Source: Pseudodesulfovibrio piezophilus C1TLV30 (lineage in GTDB: Bacteria; Desulfobacterota; Desulfovibrionia; Desulfovibrionales; Desulfovibrionaceae). From it: 32,000 nt of DNA. Below, piece by piece: positions 26,144-32,000 of the stretch. The stretch spans positions 180,001-212,000 of the forward strand of contig NC_020409.1 of the NCBI RefSeq assembly GCF_000341895.1, given 5' to 3'. Made by a program: the position numbers and the translations under genes. The first letter of the stretch is position 1. Every line of letters begins with the position of its first letter. Under the pieces are notes generated by a model, which was given only the letters and a program-made list of their open reading frames with translations, searched no databases and was not told the DNA's origin.

Positions 26144-26955
26144 TGTCTACTGATATCCATTCCACTGCGGTGGTTTCTCCATCTGCTCAAATAGGTGTCG
26201 ATGTACGGATCGGGCCTTACGTTGTCGTAGGGGATGAAGCCATCATCGGAGACGGGACTTTCCTTGAGTCTCACGTTGTGATCAAAGATTACACTGAGTT
26301 GGGATCAAATAACCATGTCCACCCTCATGCGGTACTTGGAGGGGAACCTCAGCATACAGCTTATAAGGGCGAAACAACGTATACTCGGCTTGGTGACAAT
26401 AACCAGATTCGTGAATGTGTTACTATTCATCGAGGTACAGCCCAAGGAGCAGGGGAAACAACTATTGGTTCCAACTGCATGTTCATGGCTTATGCTCATA
26501 TAGCACACGATTGCGTTGTTGGGGATAATGTCATCATGGCCAATGCTGTGAATCTGGCCGGTCATGTTGAAGTTGGTAGAAATGTTATTATTAGTGGAAT
26601 GTCTGCCGTGCAGCAATTTATCCGCATTGGTGAATATGCCTTTCTTGGTGGTGCGAGTGGATATAAGCTTGACGTTCCACCTTTTATGCTGGCTCATGGC
26701 GTTCGTGGGATGCTATTCGGGCCCAATCTCATTGGGTTAAAAAGAAATGGATTTGATTCCACAGCCTGTAAGGCCTTGAAAAAAGCTTATAAAATTATAT
26801 TTCGATCTGGACTCAAAAGAGAATCCGGGCTTGAGAAAGTCGAACAAGAGATTCAAGGAATTCCTCAGGTTGATAGGCTCCTTGAATTCATTCGTGAGAG
26901 CAAGAATGGCGTGACTCCTGATCATAAACAGCGCCACTGTAGTTCTGATTCATAA
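26143..26955 (+). CDS. lpxA: Acyl-ACP--UDP-GlcNAc O-acyltransferase
   Basis: 270 aa. The hexapeptide beta-helix begins IHSTAVVSPSAQIG. C-terminal helical domain. The GTG start overlaps the fabZ TAG by 1 nt (TAGTG). Confidence 0.95.
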   Translation: MSTDIHSTAVVSPSAQIGVDVRIGPYVVVGDEAIIGDGTFLESHVVIKDYTELGSNNHVHPHAVLGGEPQHTAYKGETTYTRLGDNNQIRECVTIHRGTAQGAGETTIGSNCMFMAYAHIAHDCVVGDNVIMANAVNLAGHVEVGRNVIISGMSAVQQFIRIGEYAFLGGASGYKLDVPPFMLAHGVRGMLFGPNLIGLKRNGFDSTACKALKKAYKIIFRSGLKRESGLEKVEQEIQGIPQVDRLLEFIRESKNGVTPDHKQRHCSSDS

Positions 26956-26964
26956 GGTTTTGGA

Positions 26965-27798
26965 ATGGCAGGAGATAGGAATACTATTGGGTTGATCGCA
27001 GGGGGCAAGCAGTTTCCTGTTCTAGTCGCTCAAGGAGTCAAAGAGCGAGGCGATAAACTTGTGATAGTCGGTTTTACGGGACACACCAATATGGATGTTG
27101 TCCCGTATGCTGATGTCTGGGAAGAAATGAAGCTCGGCAAGCTTAAGAAAATGATTGCCTATTTTCAAAAGAACGGCGTTCAAAAGATTATTATGGCTGG
27201 TACCATAAATAAACCGAAAGTCATGGATGTCCGCCATCTTGACATGAAAGCGCTCAAACTTGTTTTCAAACAGAAAAACAAGGGTGATTCTGCTATCCTG
27301 GGGATTCTGGCAGAAGAATTTGAACGTGAGGGGATGCCTGTTTTGCCTGCTCACGAGTATCTTCCTGGGCTCCTGACTCCAGCTGGTATCATGACTCAAA
27401 AAGCGCCTGACGAACGAGAGTGGGATGATCTTCGATTTGCTTGGGGAATCGGGAAAGAGCTTGGGAAAATGGATATAGGTCAATGTGTTGTGGTACGTGA
27501 AGGTATTGTTTCTGCTGTTGAAGCTCTTGAAGGGACAGATGTCACAATTCGTCGCGGGTGTGAACTTGGTGGCAAAGGATGTGTCGTCCTCAAGGTTTTC
27601 AAACCAGGCCAGCAAGAGCAGATAGATTTGCCGAGTTTGGGACTCGATACTATCAAAACCATGGCAGCAGGAGGGGCTACCTGCCTTGGGATTGAAGCCG
27701 AAAAAAGTTTGTTTTTTGATCGCAGTGAAGCCATTCGCTACGCAGATTTGCACGGGATATCCATTGTTGGAATAACTCCGGAACAATTTACTTCATAA
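26965..27798 (+). CDS. lpxI: UDP-2,3-diacylglucosamine diphosphatase LpxI (DUF1009 family)
   Basis: 277 aa. N-terminus IGLIAGGKQFPVLVA, and IIMAGTINKP, both typical of LpxI. Directly follows lpxA, as in LpxI-using bacteria. Confidence 0.85.
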   Translation: MAGDRNTIGLIAGGKQFPVLVAQGVKERGDKLVIVGFTGHTNMDVVPYADVWEEMKLGKLKKMIAYFQKNGVQKIIMAGTINKPKVMDVRHLDMKALKLVFKQKNKGDSAILGILAEEFEREGMPVLPAHEYLPGLLTPAGIMTQKAPDEREWDDLRFAWGIGKELGKMDIGQCVVVREGIVSAVEALEGTDVTIRRGCELGGKGCVVLKVFKPGQQEQIDLPSLGLDTIKTMAAGGATCLGIEAEKSLFFDRSEAIRYADLHGISIVGITPEQFTS

Positions 27799-27834
27799 TC
27801 CACCTCCCTTTTTCTCCTGTTCTGAGAGTATGCA

Positions 27835-27851
27835 CTTCCTTGCCAAGGAGG
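27835..27851 (+). promoter_or_regulatory. Small hairpin that would sequester the SD of the DUF89 gene
   Basis: CTTCCTT-gcc-AAGGAGG: a 7-bp stem including one G-U pair. AAGGAGG is the only well-spaced SD for the ATG at 27858. A second anti-SD-like CCACCTCC at 27800-27807 could pair with GGAGGCGG. Confidence 0.25.
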
Positions 27852-27857
27852 CGGAGG

Positions 27858-28841
27858 ATGTGCAAATATTTATTGTGCTTCCAAGGTAGTTCATCCAGCA
27901 CGTCCTTATCCGTTCTCATGAGGAATTCGTCGATGAAAACATCCCTAGATTGTGTTCCCTGTTTTTTCAGGATGGCTTTGCAAGAAGCCCGTCTCGCTCG
28001 TCCAAATGAGAACGCTCTACACCAAGATATTATCATGACTTGGAGTAAAATGTTACCTGAATTGGATTTGAGCGTCCCTCCCCCCGTTATCGCGAGCCAT
28101 TTGTCTGCCCTGATTAAAAAGAAAACAGGCTGTGGTGATTTATACAAAGACGATAAATTTAAAGCGAACCAGCGCGTACTTGCATTATTACCTTCTTTGA
28201 AAAAAAAGATTGATGCTGAGAGAGATGCGCCGAATGGTGATCCTTTGGGTTTGGCTCTTGAGTTAGCTATTGTCGGAAATTATATCGACCGTGGCATAGA
28301 CCTTGATGTTGACTGGGAAGCCGAATTGAATTCTCTGGCTGGTGGCATTAATCCTCAAATTTTTTTCGAGTTCAGACAGAAGGCCGTTGCCGGAGGCCAG
28401 GTTCTTATACTTGGTGACAATACCGGTGAAATCGTTCTGGACATGTTGCTGGTGGAAGAGTTGCAGAGCATGGGGTGTCATGTGACATATGCAGTCCGTT
28501 CTCAGCCGGTTATAAACGATGCGACTCTTGAGGATGCTCAATTTGTCGGCATGACGCGACTTTGTGATGTTGTCGAGAGTGGGGTCGATACCCCTGGAAC
28601 TGTTGTTGACCGGTGCCTTCCGGATTTCTTACAACGGATGCAAGATGCGGATCTCATATTAGCCAAAGGTCAGGGGAATTTTGAATCACTGGAGGGGGTC
28701 TGGCCTGGGATCTATTGTGCTTTCAAGGTAAAATGCCAACGGGTCGCTGACGACTCGGGACTTCCTTTCGGGCGATCAGCCTTTTGTCTTACCAGTGTGG
28801 AGGGAGTGGGACACCGAGATGGTCCAGGCGGTGTGGATTAG
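27858..28841 (+). CDS. DUF89 / ARMT1-like metal-dependent phosphatase family protein
   Basis: Motifs LDCVPCF, GDNTGE (DNxGE metal site) and KGQGNFE. The start is ambiguous: the ATG at 27858 has a strong AAGGAGG, while family members usually begin near MKTSLDC (ATG at 27933, weak AGGA). The ORF-track TTG at 27840 is unlikely. Confidence 0.8.
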   Translation: MCKYLLCFQGSSSSTSLSVLMRNSSMKTSLDCVPCFFRMALQEARLARPNENALHQDIIMTWSKMLPELDLSVPPPVIASHLSALIKKKTGCGDLYKDDKFKANQRVLALLPSLKKKIDAERDAPNGDPLGLALELAIVGNYIDRGIDLDVDWEAELNSLAGGINPQIFFEFRQKAVAGGQVLILGDNTGEIVLDMLLVEELQSMGCHVTYAVRSQPVINDATLEDAQFVGMTRLCDVVESGVDTPGTVVDRCLPDFLQRMQDADLILAKGQGNFESLEGVWPGIYCAFKVKCQRVADDSGLPFGRSAFCLTSVEGVGHRDGPGGVD

Positions 28842-31800
28842 TGAAAATATTCAAGCGATTTGCTGTCCTTCTTGCCGAGATTTTTGCTTTCGGAGTTATG
28901 GCGATTGCAGCTCTTTTATTATGGGCATCGTACTATGTTGATACTGATGAATTTCGATCTCAGTTTATCGCTTCTGTTGAGCAGTATATTGGTCAACCTA
29001 TATCTCTCCATGGTGAATTGAATATAGCCCTATACCCAACTCTTTCTCTAGAAATTCTTGGTTTGGCTCTTGATGGACCTCCTGAAATGGGTGAAGTTCC
29101 GCTTGTCGAGTTGGATACGGTTCATCTGAGCGTTCGACTTTTACCATTATTCGACAAGCGTATAGAGATAAGGACTATTGTCGTTGAGGGGATGAACGTC
29201 CATGTTGTCAAAAGGCGCAATGGCGAATTCAACTATCAGGCTCTCCTAGCGAAACAACGAAATCGTAGCTCTAATAACGTGTCAGTTGATGGGAAAGCAT
29301 TTACTGTTTCTCTCAGTGGTTTGGAAGTCGTAGGAGCTCTGTTTGACTACTGGGACGTTCAAACGGATGACAGACTTGTTCTGAGTGAAATGGCTCTCAG
29401 AACCGGTACAATCAAAAAGGGTGTTCCTGTTCCTTTTACTGCAAAGAGTGCTCTTATTTGGGAAGCGGGAGACCTGAAATCACATGTTACTTTGCAAGGT
29501 TTTCTTCATCTTGGAGAAGCCGAGGAGCATTTTCGACTCGATGGCGCCACTCTTACAGCTTCGTTTGAGGGTGGATTTCTTCCTCAAGGAGCACATCCTG
29601 GAGAGTTGACCGCGAATGTGAGTGTGGATTTTGATGAGTCAAAATTGAAGTTGGATAAACTGCATGTGCGGTTTCTCGGCTTAGAAGGAGAAGGGAATCT
29701 CGAGACTGATAATTGGACTCACGATCTGAGAGGATTCGGGCATTTTCGGATTTTACCATTTGCTTTCGACTCGACCCTTCAGCGTTATCTTCCTGAATAT
29801 ACACTTCCTTTGGGCAAAGAAAATCAACTCGCTGATTTCAGTACGGATTTTGAGGTGAATGAAGCTGGATTCATCATGGATGGTGCTGTGTTCACCTTGG
29901 CAGATCAAGTCATAAAGGGCGATTTGGGTATACACTCCTTTTCTCATCCTTGGTTTTCCTTCGACCTGGAAGCGAATACTATTGATTTCGATAGCTATAT
30001 ACCTCGAGATAGGGAGGGTGGCAGAGAGAGTGTTATATGGGAAAATATTCCAATAAAGGAGCTTTCTTCCTTGGCTGCAAAAGGCCAGTTTTCTTTGGAG
30101 CAGGGGACAATCGAGGGACACTCTCTCCGTGGTCTCAAATTAAAACTCGATACGACGCAAGCCGATTTATCTGCTGTTTTTAGTGCTTCATGTGATTCGT
30201 ATGAATCTCTTGAAGCAAACTTCAAATTCCATATCAATCCGAAATTTGAGCAAAAAAGACTTATGGTTGGCGGTGAAGGGGACGTTGTCATCTCTTCAGA
30301 CGAGAGAGGATTTCCATTTTTGGAGACCTCTTCGCTTAAAATAGGTGGGCAGGGAGCTCTCAAGGCTGCGTTCACTTTGGAGACTGCGGAGTATGGCCTT
30401 GCTGAACCAATTGTAAATGCTTTGCAACATCTTCAAGGCACTGTTGACTTTTTACAGAAGGCCGGGACCGGAGCTTTGATGCATAAAAGCAAGGTCCACC
30501 TCCTGCGGTATTCTGATATGAATGGAACTTTAAGTTTCAGACCAAAGGAAGCTCACAAAGAGGACTCTCTCCTGTTGGATACCCGTTTTTCATTTCGGGA
30601 ATCAGGACAGACTCCTAAAACATTTCGACTTCAGGGAGGAGGGCCTGTTTCTCTTTCTCTGAAGGATTTTATTTTTCGAAGTAATAATCTTAAAATGTCT
30701 GGTGATACTTCCGGCATATTCCTATCCGATTCTCCAGATCAGGTTTCCTTCAAAGGGACAATGGCCTTTGATTCTAATAAGGGAATAAGTTCACTTCATA
30801 AAGTGACTCTCCAGGGGCTTGGAGCGACATTGTCTGGGGATATTAATTTTATTGATTCGAAGGCCGCCACCAAAACCCAAGGTCTGTTTCATCTTTCGGT
30901 AGGGGATTTTCGTAAGATTCTTTCCATTTTATTGGGACATCCAGTTCAGATTGCTGATGAAAAAATTTTAAAAAAGATGGTGTTGAAGGGGGATTTTGTC
31001 GTAGAAGACGAGAGATTTGCTCTTAATAACATTGAAGGTGAAGTTGACGATATTCCTCTCAGTGGCATGATCTCCGGAAAGGGGTACATAAGTCCTTCAT
31101 TGTCTTTTTCACTTAAGGCTGGCGATTTTGACCTGGATAAGTACTTATCACTTTCAAGTGAGTCTCCCATTGAGGGAAAACTTGATGGGAGTGATCATGA
31201 CTCTTCCCCGGTTGCTTTACCGCTGGGCTTTTTGCGTCAGCTGGATGGTCAGGGGGAAATATTTTTCGAAAGTTTTAAGTTGGCAGATGTTCTCGCTCAG
31301 AATTTGGAGGCACGTCTTCAGGCGCGAAATGGGGTGATCCATATTTCCGAGATATCGGGTCAACTTCATGGCGGTCTTGTGTCTGGAGATTGGACAGGGC
31401 GTGCTGGCAAGATCCTTGAGACTCATCTGAAATTACGGGTTGAAAAGATGCAAGTCGGACCTTTGCTGGAAGATATGGCGGGGCGGGATTATGTACGTGG
31501 AACAACTGCGCTGGATTTTGATTTGACGAGTTCAGGCAGGACAGACAGTGACATTGTTCTTAACCTGAATGGAAAGGCTTGGGGAGAAATACGGGAAGGC
31601 TCTTTCAAATTTACTGGGTATGATACTTCCACCAAACCGACTCAACCGGAGTCGTCCCGTTATGATAAACAACCGGCTGAAGCAAAGTTGCGAAGGACAA
31701 TTTTTAAGAAAGCTTTTGCCTTCTTTTCAGTCCGAGATGGGGTCTTCACTATTGACGACTATAAGTTGGAAGCCCCCCCTCTGCTTGAATCCAAAGGGAC

Positions 31801-32000
31801 AGGCCAATTCAGTCTGCCGGCTAATACCATCAATGTATCCATACAAAATGATTTTGTCGCGATTCCAAGTGTGACAATCAACATTGTCGGAAAACTTTCT
31901 GACCCTGAAGTTAAAGTGCCAACAGTGAAGAGCCTCAATGAAACCGTCTTGAATATTTTGACCTTACCTGAAAAATCCTTCAAATTTTTACGGGATTTAT
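28841..32000 (+). CDS. AsmA-family outer-membrane biogenesis protein (over 1053 aa; C-terminal end beyond the window)
   Basis: The frame is open from the GTG at 28841 to the window edge, by my own hand translation. It is absent from the ORF track because there is no stop. N-terminal anchor FAVLLAEIFAFGVMAIAALLLW, followed by AsmA-type repeats (LHGELNIALYPTLSLEILGLAL..., VHLSVRLLPLF..RIEIRTIVVEGMNVHVV). AsmA_2-like region near the end (GTTALDFDLTSSGRT...LNLNGKAWGEIREGSF). The GTG overlaps the DUF89 TAG by 1 nt. Confidence 0.8.
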   Translation, partial: MKIFKRFAVLLAEIFAFGVMAIAALLLWASYYVDTDEFRSQFIASVEQYIGQPISLHGELNIALYPTLSLEILGLALDGPPEMGEVPLVELDTVHLSVRLLPLFDKRIEIRTIVVEGMNVHVVKRRNGEFNYQALLAKQRNRSSNNVSVDGKAFTVSLSGLEVVGALFDYWDVQTDDRLVLSEMALRTGTIKKGVPVPFTAKSALIWEAGDLKSHVTLQGFLHLGEAEEHFRLDGATLTASFEGGFLPQGAHPGELTANVSVDFDESKLKLDKLHVRFLGLEGEGNLETDNWTHDLRGFGHFRILPFAFDSTLQRYLPEYTLPLGKENQLADFSTDFEVNEAGFIMDGAVFTLADQVIKGDLGIHSFSHPWFSFDLEANTIDFDSYIPRDREGGRESVIWENIPIKELSSLAAKGQFSLEQGTIEGHSLRGLKLKLDTTQADLSAVFSASCDSYESLEANFKFHINPKFEQKRLMVGGEGDVVISSDERGFPFLETSSLKIGGQGALKAAFTLETAEYGLAEPIVNALQHLQGTVDFLQKAGTGALMHKSKVHLLRYSDMNGTLSFRPKEAHKEDSLLLDTRFSFRESGQTPKTFRLQGGGPVSLSLKDFIFRSNNLKMSGDTSGIFLSDSPDQVSFKGTMAFDSNKGISSLHKVTLQGLGATLSGDINFIDSKAATKTQGLFHLSVGDFRKILSILLGHPVQIADEKILKKMVLKGDFVVEDERFALNNIEGEVDDIPLSGMISGKGYISPSLSFSLKAGDFDLDKYLSLSSESPIEGKLDGSDHDSSPVALPLGFLRQLDGQGEIFFESFKLADVLAQNLEARLQARNGVIHISEISGQLHGGLVSGDWTGRAGKILETHLKLRVEKMQVGPLLEDMAGRDYVRGTTALDFDLTSSGRTDSDIVLNLNGKAWGEIREGSFKFTGYDTSTKPTQPESSRYDKQPAEAKLRRTIFKKAFAFFSVRDGVFTIDDYKLEAPPLLESKGTGQFSLPANTINVSIQNDFVAIPSVTINIVGKLSDPEVKVPTVKSLNETVLNILTLPEKSFKFLRDL

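Noticed and set aside
24900-26700. Apparent periodicity in lpxD and lpxA as DNA tandem repeats
   Set aside because: The periodicity is at the protein level (hexapeptide [LIV]-G-x4). The nucleotide units are not conserved, so this is not a DNA repeat array.
27022-27786. 254-aa ORF antisense to nearly all of lpxI
   Set aside because: It lies entirely inside a gene with strong family motifs. Its translation is Cys/Phe/Ser/Asn-rich with no recognisable domain, TM helix or SD. It is a typical shadow ORF.

Overview
This looks like ordinary core chromosome. I saw no transposase or integrase, CRISPR array, prophage, toxin or recognisable defence genes, and no convincing multi-gene novel system.

Layout:
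- (1) 1-7060, minus strand: polar-flagellum export and regulation operon fliR-flhB-flhA-flhF-flhG-fliA-cheY. cheY runs off the left edge, so it is missing from the ORF track.
- (2) 7255-8970, minus strand: a membrane-anchored M23 peptidase and a TtcA-like PP-loop tRNA thiolase.
- (3) 9142-12351, plus strand: a DUF4340-like anchored protein, then tightly packed rpoZ-dnaJ-moaC ending in a bidirectional terminator.
- (4) 12508-16692, minus strand: Na/Pi cotransporter, then an unknown 344-aa anchored protein, then an MBL-fold protein with two rhodanese domains.
- (5) 16693-17871: gene-poor stretch holding a tRNA-Asn(GTT) with its own terminator, a possible 54-aa membrane ORF, hairpins and a short repeated motif.
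- (6) 17872-32000, plus strand: a roughly 14-kb co-directional envelope-biogenesis block, lysS-lolC/E-lolD-bamA-skp-lpxD-fabZ-lpxA-lpxI-DUF89-asmA-like. The last ORF (over 1050 aa) runs off the right edge and is also missing from the ORF track.

Gene content and order suggest a Desulfovibrio-like member of the former Deltaproteobacteria. That is inference only.

Best leads, all modest:
- A DUF89 phosphatase-family gene follows lpxI, where lpxB commonly sits, and is start/stop-coupled to the AsmA-like gene.
- BamA carries an extra N-terminal domain of about 140 aa.
- The function of the Na/Pi-unknown-MBL/rhodanese operon is unclear, and a perfect 12-bp inverted repeat abuts a ribosome-binding site in it.
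- A sigma-54-like -24/-12 element lies upstream of fliR.

All family calls rest on motifs I recognise by eye. No homology search was run.
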